Assembly (NCBI GenBank): GCA_020718125.1
Contig: DYDC01000002.1
Coordinates: forward strand, 1 to 39,952
DNA length: 39,952 nucleotides
Source of the DNA: Methylacidiphilum sp.
Lineage (GTDB): Bacteria > Verrucomicrobiota > Verrucomicrobiia > CAIQCK01
Reading direction: 5' to 3'
This document shows, piece after piece, positions 25,605 to 33,355 of the stretch. Under the pieces are notes generated by a model. It made no database searches. It saw nothing but the letters and a program-made list of their open reading frames with translations, and had not been told where the DNA came from. A program made the position numbers and the translations under genes. How positions within the stretch are numbered: position 1 is the first letter of the stretch; each line of letters starts with the position of its first letter.

Positions 25605-26602
25605 CGAAACAAAACGATCCAGCGGGCATTCTCATCGTCGGCCACGGTAGTCCCAGGGCGGAGGCGAACGACGGGTTTGTGACGCTGGCGGGGCGGATCG
25701 GCGGTCGGCTGTGTGGCACGACGGTGCTGCCGGCGTTCTTTTCGATTGCACAGCCGGACATCCCGACGCAGTTGGGCGAGCTGCGCCGGCGCGGTATCCG
25801 GCGCGTGGTGCTGATGCCGTATTTTCTATTCCGCGGCCAGCATATCTCGAAGGACATCCCGACGTTGCTCGATGACTGCCGCCGGCAATATCCCGACATG
25901 ACCATTGAGTTGCTGCCGACGCTCGAGAATGAGCCGGCACTGGAGGACATCGTCGTGGACCGGCTGACGCCGTTCGCAGTGAACGGCCATGTGTTGCCGA
26001 CGGAAGGCGCTGCCATCGAGGGGCGCAGTTTCGAACTGATTGACGGTCATCTCCGCGGCATGGCGTGGCGCAACGAGCGGGAGGCGGCGGTCGTCCGGCG
26101 CGCGGTCCATGCGACGGCCGACGTCACATTCGCGCGCTCAATGCGGATTCATCCGGTCGCCGTCGAGCGTGGCGTGGCCGCGCTGACGGCGGGCAAGCCG
26201 GTGATTTGCGATATCGAGATGCTCAAGGCCGGCATCACGCGCAGCGCGGGGCCGGTGCTCTGCGCTGTGAGCGACGAGGATGTGATTGCGGCAGCGAGAA
26301 CCGAAGGCTGCACGCGCGCCGCGGCGGCGATGGAGAAGCTCGCGCCGCGGATGGACGGCGCGGTCGTGGCGGTGGGCAACGCGCCCACTGCGCTGTGGAA
26401 GATCATGGAGTTGGCGCGCAACGGCGGTCCGCAGCCGGCGGTGGTGGTGGGCCTGCCGGTTGGTTTGGTGGGCGCGCGCGAGTCGAAGCTGGCCCTGATC
26501 GAGAGCGGTTTGTGTTACGTGACGAACACGACGCCGCGCGGCGGCAGCCCCGTGGCCGCGGCGGCGGTGAACGCGCTGGCGTTGCTGGCAAAGAAAGCGT
26601 GA
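25601..26602 (+). CDS. cbiC: Fusion protein: short CbiX-type sirohydrochlorin cobaltochelatase + cobalt-precorrin-8 methylmutase (CbiC)
   Basis: 333 aa. The N-terminal about 125 aa (ILIVGHGSPRAEAN...LMPYFLFRGQHISKDIP) is CbiX-small-like. The C-terminal about 205 aa (RRAVHATADV..VICDIEMLKAGI..VAVGNAPTAL..VVGLPVGLVGARESK..GGSPVAAAAVNAL) is CbiC/CobH-like. Confidence 0.85.
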   Translation: MTKQNDPAGILIVGHGSPRAEANDGFVTLAGRIGGRLCGTTVLPAFFSIAQPDIPTQLGELRRRGIRRVVLMPYFLFRGQHISKDIPTLLDDCRRQYPDMTIELLPTLENEPALEDIVVDRLTPFAVNGHVLPTEGAAIEGRSFELIDGHLRGMAWRNEREAAVVRRAVHATADVTFARSMRIHPVAVERGVAALTAGKPVICDIEMLKAGITRSAGPVLCAVSDEDVIAAARTEGCTRAAAAMEKLAPRMDGAVVAVGNAPTALWKIMELARNGGPQPAVVVGLPVGLVGARESKLALIESGLCYVTNTTPRGGSPVAAAAVNALALLAKKA

Positions 26603-27444
26603 TGAAATCCGAAATCCGAGGCTCGAAAGCCGAAACCAATTCGAAGCAAGACACTCGAAAGCCGAAATCGGCAAACGCTGTGACTGCCGTTTCGGATTTC
26701 GGATTGCGAGCGTGTTTCGGGTTTCGGATTTTGTGCTTCGGATTTCTTCTTCTCGTCGCCGCGCCTTCAGCGTGGGCCATGCACATTTCCGAAGGCATCC
26801 TGCCGGTCGGCTGGGCGGGCGCTTGGTTGCTGGTGGCGCTGCCGTTTCTGGCTTGGGGCATCCGCCAGATCAAGCGGCGCGGCCAGACCGAGCCGCGTTA
26901 CCGGGCGTTCGTCGCGCTGGTCGGCGCGGCGGTTTTCATTATCTCGTGCATGCCGATTCCTGTGCCGACGGCGGGGACTTGCTCGCATCCGTGCGGCACA
27001 GGGCTGGCGGCGATTCTGATCGGGCCGGGGCCGACTGTGGTCGTGGCGAGCATCGCGCTGCTGTTGCAGGCGTTGTTCATGGCGCACGGCGGGCTGACGA
27101 CGCTGGGTGGCAACATCGTTTCAATGGGCGTGGTCGGCGCGCTGGTCGGGTTTGGCGCGTTCCGGCTGCTGCGCGGGGCGGGTGCGTCGGTGGCGGTCGC
27201 GGCGTTTGCGGCCGGTGCGTTATCGGACTGGGCGACTTACGCGACGACGTCGGCGGAACTGGCCTTGGCGCTTCATGGTGGAGGTTCACTTTGGAGCTTG
27301 CTGGGGGCGATCATGATGGCGTTCGTGCCGACCCAACTGCCGCTGGGCATCTTCGAGGGCATTCTCTCGGTTGGCGCGTGCCGGTTCGTAAGCTCACGCC
27401 GCCCGGAGTTGGTCGAGCGGTTGCTGGCGAGGAGTTCTGGATGA
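26602..27444 (+). CDS. cbiM: Cobalt ECF transporter substrate-capture component CbiM (precursor with cleavable leader)
   Basis: The mature part starts MHISEGILPVGWAG, immediately after a signal-peptidase-like site FLLLVAAPSAWA. The start is ambiguous: ATG 26602 (59-aa leader through the repeat element) or TTG 26704 (25-aa leader). The stop overlaps the cbiN ATG. Confidence 0.85.
   Translation: MKSEIRGSKAETNSKQDTRKPKSANAVTAVSDFGLRACFGFRILCFGFLLLVAAPSAWAMHISEGILPVGWAGAWLLVALPFLAWGIRQIKRRGQTEPRYRAFVALVGAAVFIISCMPIPVPTAGTCSHPCGTGLAAILIGPGPTVVVASIALLLQALFMAHGGLTTLGGNIVSMGVVGALVGFGAFRLLRGAGASVAVAAFAAGALSDWATYATTSAELALALHGGGSLWSLLGAIMMAFVPTQLPLGIFEGILSVGACRFVSSRRPELVERLLARSSG
26604..26750. repeat. 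Imperfect about 150-bp palindromic element built from heptamers (GAAATCC/GAAAGCC ... GTTTCGG/ATTTCGG)
   Basis: The 5' arm reads gaaatcc gaaatcc gaggctc gaaagcc gaaacca ... gaaagcc gaaatcg. The 3' arm reads gtttcgg atttcgg attgcga ... gtttcgg gtttcgg att..cttcgg atttc. About 20 of 29 positions are complementary in the central hairpin by hand alignment. Confidence 0.55.
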
Positions 27445-27734
27445 AACTAAGCGCGCTGATCGCAGTGACGCTGCTTGCGTTGGCGACATGGCCTGTGCCT
27501 GGCGCCGAGACCGGTAAGTGGCCTGGCGTGGACGAGACGGTAGTGGAGAAGTTCGCCCGCGAAGCCGTCCGTGAGCCGCGCGAGCCGTTCATCAACACCG
27601 ACCAAGGCGACTTGCTGTTGCCCGTGTTTCTCATCGCTGGCGCGGCGGGTGGATTTGTCGGCGGTTACTATTTTCACGCGCTGTTTCCGCCGCGCGAGAA
27701 GAAGTCAGCGCCATCGGGAGCCGGCCGCTCATGA
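27441..27734 (+). CDS. cbiN: Cobalt ECF transporter small subunit CbiN
   Basis: 97 aa in the frame of ORF 26712..27734. It has two TM helices (MKLSALIAVTLLALATWP ... LLLPVFLIAGAAGGFVGGYYF). Both its position between cbiM and cbiQ and its size are typical. Confidence 0.75.
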   Translation: MKLSALIAVTLLALATWPVPGAETGKWPGVDETVVEKFAREAVREPREPFINTDQGDLLLPVFLIAGAAGGFVGGYYFHALFPPREKKSAPSGAGRS

Positions 27735-28516
27735 CGCAGACCTTCGAACTGTTCTCCGACCTGTTCGCTTTGCGGAACAACGCGCTCTCGCGGCGCGACC
27801 CGCGCGCGAAACTGCTGGCGTGCGTTGCCGCGACGGTCGCGGCGGGCCTCTCGACGCGGGTGCATCTGCCGCTGGCCGTGATGGCGGTGGCGATGGGCGG
27901 CATGTTGTTGGTGCGCGTGCCGGTGCGGTTGATCGTCGCGCGATTGTTGCCGCCGCTGGGCATCGTGGCGTTGTTGGGATTGCTGCGGACGTTCTTGATC
28001 GGCTCGACGCCGCTGGGCCAGGTCGCGCTCGGCTCATGGACGTTGACGGCGACGCAGGAAGGATTCCACGAGGGCGTGTTGCTGCTGGCGCGGGTGTTGG
28101 GCGCGGTGAGCGCGTTGATTCTCTTGAGCCTGACGACGCCGGCGCACCGGGTGTTTGCGGCGTTGCGGTGGCTGCGCGTGCCGCAAGTGTGGGTCGAGAC
28201 GGCGATGTTGATGTATCGCTACGTCTTCCTGCTGCTGGATCAAACGGCCGACATCTTCGCGGCGCAACGGGCGCGACTGGGCTACGCGGGCGCGGCGCGT
28301 TCGCTGCGCTCGATGGGCACGCTCGGCGGGGCGGTGTTGCAACGCGCGTTCGATCAGGCCGACCGCGCACACGAGGCGATGATGGCGCGCGGCTACCGCG
28401 GGGAGATTCCGTTTGGCACACTCGGTCCGACGCCGGCGGGCGACATGCTGTTGCTGGGCGCGGTGCTGGCGTTGCTGGCGGTGGGGCTTGCGCTGGGGGA
28501 GGGCTGGCTCGCATGA
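27731..28516 (+). CDS. cbiQ: Cobalt ECF transporter transmembrane (T) component CbiQ
   Basis: 261 aa and polytopic. DPRAKLL near the N-terminus and an ARGY-type motif (MMARGYRGE) near the C-terminus. ATGA overlaps. Confidence 0.85.
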   Translation: MTQTFELFSDLFALRNNALSRRDPRAKLLACVAATVAAGLSTRVHLPLAVMAVAMGGMLLVRVPVRLIVARLLPPLGIVALLGLLRTFLIGSTPLGQVALGSWTLTATQEGFHEGVLLLARVLGAVSALILLSLTTPAHRVFAALRWLRVPQVWVETAMLMYRYVFLLLDQTADIFAAQRARLGYAGAARSLRSMGTLGGAVLQRAFDQADRAHEAMMARGYRGEIPFGTLGPTPAGDMLLLGAVLALLAVGLALGEGWLA

Positions 28517-29400
28517 ACGCGCCCGGCAAACCGTTCCTGATCGAGATGGAGAACGTCTCGTTCGCCTACGATGAAGGATCGCTGGCGTTGAAGAACGTCA
28601 ACTTCCGTGTCCGCGCGGGCGAGTTCGTTTCGATGCTCGCGTCGAACGGTTCCGGCAAGACGACGCTGATCAAGGTGCTGGCGAAGCTGTTGACGCCGCA
28701 GCAGGGGACCGTCCGCATCGCCGGGCGGGATGTGCGGGCGATGACGGCTGGGCATCTCTACCAGCAGATCGGGCTGCTGCTGCAAGACCCGAACGACCAG
28801 CTTTTCGCGCCAACGGTGGAGGACGACGTTGCGTTCGGCCCGCGGAACCTGGGACTGCCGGACGTAGAAGTGGAGCAGCGGGCGGAGGAATCGCTCGCGG
28901 CGGTTGGTGTGGCGGCGTTGCGCAAGCGGGCGATTCATCACCTGAGCTTCGGCGAGCGCAAACGCGTCTGCCTGGCCGGCGTGCTGGCGATGCGACCGAA
29001 GATTCTTGTGCTGGACGAGCCGACGGCCGGGCTGGACCCTGCGGGCGAGTCGCAGATGTTGCAGTTGCTGAGCCGGCTGAACCGCGAGCAAGGCATCTCG
29101 CTGGTGTTGGCGACGCATTCCGTGGACCTGCTGCCGCTGTTTGCCGACCGCATCTACGTGCTCAACCGCGGCGAGGTCGTGAAAGACGGCGCGCCGGAGG
29201 AGATTTTTGCCGATCAGGAGATGATGCATCGCGTCGGGCTGCGGCTGCCTTACATTTCGCGGCTCATCCACGAGATGCGCTGCTACGACGGCGTGCGGAT
29301 CGAAGGCTTGCCGTTGACGTTGCGCGAGGCGCGGCTGCGGCTGCTGGAACTGATTCCGCCGCAGTTGATCATGGAGTCGTTGAAGGAAAAAACGCCATGA
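28513..29400 (+). CDS. cbiO: Cobalt ECF transporter ATPase CbiO
   Basis: 295 aa. Walker A ASNGSGKTT, Q-loop, signature LSFGERKRV, Walker B ILVLDEPTAGLD, H-loop ATHSVD. Confidence 0.9.
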   Translation: MNAPGKPFLIEMENVSFAYDEGSLALKNVNFRVRAGEFVSMLASNGSGKTTLIKVLAKLLTPQQGTVRIAGRDVRAMTAGHLYQQIGLLLQDPNDQLFAPTVEDDVAFGPRNLGLPDVEVEQRAEESLAAVGVAALRKRAIHHLSFGERKRVCLAGVLAMRPKILVLDEPTAGLDPAGESQMLQLLSRLNREQGISLVLATHSVDLLPLFADRIYVLNRGEVVKDGAPEEIFADQEMMHRVGLRLPYISRLIHEMRCYDGVRIEGLPLTLREARLRLLELIPPQLIMESLKEKTP

Positions 29401-30452
29401 CCGAACTGCGCGGCGGCTACACGACCGGGGCGTGCGCGGCGGCGGCGGCCAAGGCGGCGGCGATGGTGCTTTGCGGCGCGGAACCGCCCGTGTGCGTGAC
29501 GCTGGAATTGCCGGATGGCGAGGCGGTGGAGTTCGGCATCATCAACGCGCGTCGCATCGAAGGCGGGGCCGAGGCGGCGGTTCGCAAGGACGCGGGTGAC
29601 GACCCGGACATCACGCATGGGGCGTTTGTCGTGGCGAGCGTGCGGTGGGCGGACGACGGCGCGCTGCGTGTCCTCGCGGGCGAAGGCGTGGGGACTGTCA
29701 CGAAACCCGGTCTTCAGGCGCCGCCGGGCGAGCCCGCGATCAATCCCGCACCGCGGCGGATGATCAAGGCGGCGGTGCGCACGGTGACGCCGCGAGGCGT
29801 GCAGGTGACGATTTCGATTCCCGGCGGACGCGAACTGGCGGCGAAGACGTTCAACCAACGGCTCGGCATCGAAGGCGGCTTGTCGGTGCTGGGCACGACT
29901 GGCCGCGTGCGACCGTTCAGTTGTCCGGTGCTGCGCGAGGCGCTCCGGTGCGCGCTCGATGTCGCGGCGGCTGCGGGCGTGACGGCGCCGGTGCTGGTGC
30001 CGGGCCACATCGGCGAACGGGCGGCGCAGCGGCATTTCCGGCTGCGCGATGAACAGGTCGTGCTGGTTGGCAATGAATGGGGCTTCATGCTCGACAGCGT
30101 GCGCGAACGGCCGTTTGAACGGCTGTTGGTGGTCGGTCACCCAGGCAAGCTGGCGAAGCTTGCCGCCGGGGAATGGGACACGCACTCGTCGCGCTCCAGT
30201 TCGGCTGTGCCGCTCGTGATGACGCTGGCGGCGCGCGTGACGGGCCGCCCTGCGCCGGAGAGTCCAACGGTGGAGGGCGTATTCGCCGCGTTGGCGCAGC
30301 CGGCGCGTGCGCAGCTTGGCGACGAGTTGGCGCGCGAGGTCCAACGCGCTTTGGAAGCGCGCGTCCGGCATGGTCAGGCCGTGACGGTGGGGTTGGTGAA
30401 CATGGAAGGCGACATCCTCGGTGGAGCAGGAGATTTCGGAGCATGGCAATGA
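29397..30452 (+). CDS. cbiD: Cobalt-precorrin-5B (C1)-methyltransferase
   Basis: 351 aa. Motifs: LRGGYTTGACAAAAAKAA, DAGDDPDITHG, GEGVGTVTKPGL, AINPAPRRMI, GGLSVLGTTG. Confidence 0.9.
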   Translation: MTELRGGYTTGACAAAAAKAAAMVLCGAEPPVCVTLELPDGEAVEFGIINARRIEGGAEAAVRKDAGDDPDITHGAFVVASVRWADDGALRVLAGEGVGTVTKPGLQAPPGEPAINPAPRRMIKAAVRTVTPRGVQVTISIPGGRELAAKTFNQRLGIEGGLSVLGTTGRVRPFSCPVLREALRCALDVAAAAGVTAPVLVPGHIGERAAQRHFRLRDEQVVLVGNEWGFMLDSVRERPFERLLVVGHPGKLAKLAAGEWDTHSSRSSSAVPLVMTLAARVTGRPAPESPTVEGVFAALAQPARAQLGDELAREVQRALEARVRHGQAVTVGLVNMEGDILGGAGDFGAWQ

Positions 30453-31087
30453 CACACCCCATCACCATCGCCGGCTGCGGGCCGGGCGCGGCGGAGTTCG
30501 TCACCCCGGCGGCGCGCGAAGCAGCGAAGAGCGCGACTGTTCTCGTTGGCGCAAGACGGTTGATGGAACTGTTCCCGGCGGCGACGGCGGAACGGATCGC
30601 GTGCGAAGGCGTGATCGAGCCATTGTTGGATCGCTTGGCAGAGTTGCGCGACGGTGGCGCGGGGGTGGTTGTGTTGGTCAGTGGCGATCCGGGTGTGTTC
30701 AGCCTGACGCAGAAGGTCGTGCAGCGGTTCGGCCGCGCCAACTGCCGGATCATTCCCGGCGTCAGTTCCGTGCAGGTCGCGTTTGCGCGAATCGGGCTGG
30801 ATTGGGCCGATGCGCGGATCATCAGCGCCCACGCGCGGACGCCGGCGGCGACGGCGGAGGAACTGGCGCGGCACGACCGGATCGCGGTGTTGGCGGGCAC
30901 GCGCGAGGCGATGGAGTGGATCGGCCGGACGGCGTTGAAACTCGGATTGGACTACGCGGCGTTTGTCTGCGAGAACCTGACGCTGCCCGACGAGCGCGTG
31001 AGCGAAGTGCGGGCGGCGGAACTGGCCGCGTGGCCGGCGGCGTCACGGACGGTGGTGTTGTTGGTGCGCGAGGAATTGTTGAGATGA
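30443..31087 (+). CDS. cbiE: Cobalt-precorrin-7 (C5)-methyltransferase CbiE (no CbiT domain attached)
   Basis: 214 aa. Motifs: ITIAGCGPGAAEFVTPAA, VLVGARRL, VVVLVSGDPGVFS, IPGVSSVQ. The start is either ATG 30443 or ATG 30449, the latter overlapping the cbiD stop. Confidence 0.85.
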   Translation: MAMTHPITIAGCGPGAAEFVTPAAREAAKSATVLVGARRLMELFPAATAERIACEGVIEPLLDRLAELRDGGAGVVVLVSGDPGVFSLTQKVVQRFGRANCRIIPGVSSVQVAFARIGLDWADARIISAHARTPAATAEELARHDRIAVLAGTREAMEWIGRTALKLGLDYAAFVCENLTLPDERVSEVRAAELAAWPAASRTVVLLVREELLR

Positions 31088-31818
31088 AACTCGGAACTCT
31101 ATACGGAATCGGCGTCGGCGTCGGCGACCCGGAATGGCTGACGGTGAAAGCCGTGCGCCTCCTTGGCGCGTGCCGCCACGTCTGCGTGCCGCGGGCGCGG
31201 GCGGCGGCGGACAGCACGGCGCTGGAGGCCGCGAAACCTTATCTGCGCGCCGACGCGGAGGTGCATCCGATCACGTTCCCGATGAGCGCCGACCGGAGCG
31301 TGCTGGAGGAGGGCTGGCGCAAGGCGGCCGAGGAGGTGCTCGCGCTGCTGACGCGCGGCGAGGACGTGTGTTTCCTGACGCTGGGCGATGCGTTGCTCTA
31401 CTCGACCTACATCTACCTGCTGCGGGCGTTGAAACGGCTCGCGCCCGACGCGCCGACCGTGACGGTGCCGGGCATCACGGCGTTCAGCGCGTGCGCGGCG
31501 CTGACGCAGTTCCCCATTGGCGAAGGCAAACGACTGGTGACCATCGTGCCCGGCTCGGACGATTTCGCCGAGTTCGCCGCGTCGCTGGATCGCGGCGGGA
31601 CGGTCGTGTTGATGAAGGTGGGCGAGCGGTTGCAGCGCGTGTTGCAGGAACTGGACGCGCGCGGCCTGCTGGAGCGCGCGGTGTTTGTCTCGCACGCCGG
31701 GTTGCCGGAGCAGCGGATCGAAACCGACCTGCGACGGCTGCTGGGGGCGGACGAGAAGACGGGCTATCTGTCGCTGCTGATCATCCAGGCCGGCGACGGC
31801 GCGGAGGGCAGGCGATGA
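31084..31818 (+). CDS. cbiL: Cobalt-factor II / precorrin-2 C20-methyltransferase
   Basis: 244 aa. Motifs: LYGIGVGVGDPEWLTVKA, FLTLGDALLYSTY, VPGITAFSA. Confidence 0.85.
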   Translation: MKLGTLYGIGVGVGDPEWLTVKAVRLLGACRHVCVPRARAAADSTALEAAKPYLRADAEVHPITFPMSADRSVLEEGWRKAAEEVLALLTRGEDVCFLTLGDALLYSTYIYLLRALKRLAPDAPTVTVPGITAFSACAALTQFPIGEGKRLVTIVPGSDDFAEFAASLDRGGTVVLMKVGERLQRVLQELDARGLLERAVFVSHAGLPEQRIETDLRRLLGADEKTGYLSLLIIQAGDGAEGRR

Positions 31819-32576
31819 AGGTCTGGTTCGTGGGCGCGGGGCCGGGTGATCCCGGTTTGCTGACGGTGAAGGCCGATCGCCTGCTCCGGTCGGCGCGTTG
31901 CTGCATCTACGCCGGCTCGCTGGTGAATCCGCAGTTGTTGGAACTGCTGCCGGCCGACGCGGAACGCCACGATTCTGCCGGCATGTCGCTGGAGGAGATC
32001 GTCGCGGTCGTTGAGCGCGCTCGGCAACGTGGCGTGGACGTGGTGCGGTTGCACACGGGCGAACCGGCCATCTACGGCGCGATTGGCGAGCAGATGGACG
32101 CGCTGGACCGGCTGGGCATCGCCTGCGAGATCGTGCCGGGCATCAGCGCGTTTCAGGCGGCGGCTGCGGCGTTGAAGACCGAATTGACCGCGCCGGAGGC
32201 CGCCCAGACCGTCATCCTGACGCGCACTGCTGGCCGCACGCCAATGCCGGCGACCGAAGAACTCTCACGCTTGGCCGCCAGTCGCGCGACGCTCTGCATC
32301 TTCCTGTCGAGCGACAAGATCGCCCAGATCGTCGAGGCGCTGACGCCGCACTATGGCGCCAACTGTCCGGCCGCGGCCGTCTGTCACGCGTCATGGCCCG
32401 ACCAGCAGGTCATCCGCGGGACGCTGGCGGACATTGCGCCGCAGATGCGCGAAGCCGGCATCACACGCACGGCGATGGTGGTGGTGGGCTGGGCGATGGC
32501 GCGACCGTTGCCGCACGCCTCCAAGCTCTACGACAAAACTTTCACCCACGGATACCGGGAGGGCGAGCCGCGTTGA
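31815..32576 (+). CDS. cbiF: Cobalt-precorrin-4 C11-methyltransferase
   Basis: 253 aa. Motifs: VWFVGAGPGDPGLLTVKA, IYAGSLVNP, RLHTGEPAIYGA, VPGISAFQAAAA. Confidence 0.9.
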   Translation: MKVWFVGAGPGDPGLLTVKADRLLRSARCCIYAGSLVNPQLLELLPADAERHDSAGMSLEEIVAVVERARQRGVDVVRLHTGEPAIYGAIGEQMDALDRLGIACEIVPGISAFQAAAAALKTELTAPEAAQTVILTRTAGRTPMPATEELSRLAASRATLCIFLSSDKIAQIVEALTPHYGANCPAAAVCHASWPDQQVIRGTLADIAPQMREAGITRTAMVVVGWAMARPLPHASKLYDKTFTHGYREGEPR

Positions 32577-33355
32577 AGACCGCAATCGTCACATTCAGCC
32601 GGCAGGGCGCGCGCGTGGCGAAGACGCTCGCGTCGAGCCTGGCCGACTGCCGCGTTTATCCGCACGCGGACGCGCCGGCGCTGAAGGGTGCGCGGCGCTT
32701 CGGGCGCGTCGCCGAGTTGGCGCCGCGGTTGTTCGCGGAGTGTCGCGGGCTGGTGTTCGTGGCACCGACGGGGATGGTGGTGCGGGCCATCGCGCCTTGT
32801 CTGAAGCACAAGACAGCCGACCCGGCGGTGGTGGTGGTGGACGTTGGCGCGCGGTGGGCGGTCAGCCTGCTCAGCGGCCACGAAGGCGGCGCGAACGAGC
32901 TTGCGCTGGCCGTGGCGAACATCCTCGACGCCGAGCCGGTCATCACCACGACAACGGAGGCGGCAAAGGACTTGATCGTCGGCGTCGGTTGCCGGCGCGG
33001 CGCGGCTTGCGAGGCGATTGTCGAGGCCGTCAGCGGCGCGTTGGAGCGTGCGAGGGTTTCGGTTGAGCGCGTGCGGTTGCTGGCGTCGGCCGACATCAAA
33101 CGGGACGAGGCGGGCCTGATCGAGGCCGCGCGCAAGCTGGCGTTGCCGTTGCGGCTCGTCTCGTCGGCTGAGATTCGGCGGTGCGCGCGGCCATTCTCCC
33201 GTTCGGCATTTGTGGAGAGTAAAGTGAAACTGCCCGCGGTGGCCGAACCCGCGGCATTGTTGGCTGGAAGGAGAACGCAATTACTACTGCCCAAACAAGT
33301 GATTCGAAGCGTGACGGTGGCGATCACGCGGGAAGACTGCTGGTCGTTGGCATAG
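32573..33355 (+). CDS. cbiG: Cobalt-precorrin-5A hydrolase
   Basis: About 260 aa with a TTG start forming a TTGA overlap with the cbiF stop. Motifs: GMVVRAIAP, DPAVVVVD, SLLSGHEGGAN, IVGVGCRRG, ASADIK. Confidence 0.8.
   Translation: MKTAIVTFSRQGARVAKTLASSLADCRVYPHADAPALKGARRFGRVAELAPRLFAECRGLVFVAPTGMVVRAIAPCLKHKTADPAVVVVDVGARWAVSLLSGHEGGANELALAVANILDAEPVITTTTEAAKDLIVGVGCRRGAACEAIVEAVSGALERARVSVERVRLLASADIKRDEAGLIEAARKLALPLRLVSSAEIRRCARPFSRSAFVESKVKLPAVAEPAALLAGRRTQLLLPKQVIRSVTVAITREDCWSLA

Noticed and set aside
27571-28512. 5' part of ORF 27571..29400 (609 aa) as an extended CbiO
   Set aside because: It overlaps cbiN and cbiQ in another frame and is Arg/Gly/Ala-rich. ABC ATPase similarity begins at M(28513), which forms an ATGA overlap with the cbiQ stop.
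28615-28650. CbiO Walker A reads ASNGSGKTT (Ala instead of the first Gly) as a possible inactivating change
   Set aside because: The general P-loop pattern is [AG]xxxxGK[ST], so Ala at the first position is permitted. All other ABC motifs are intact.
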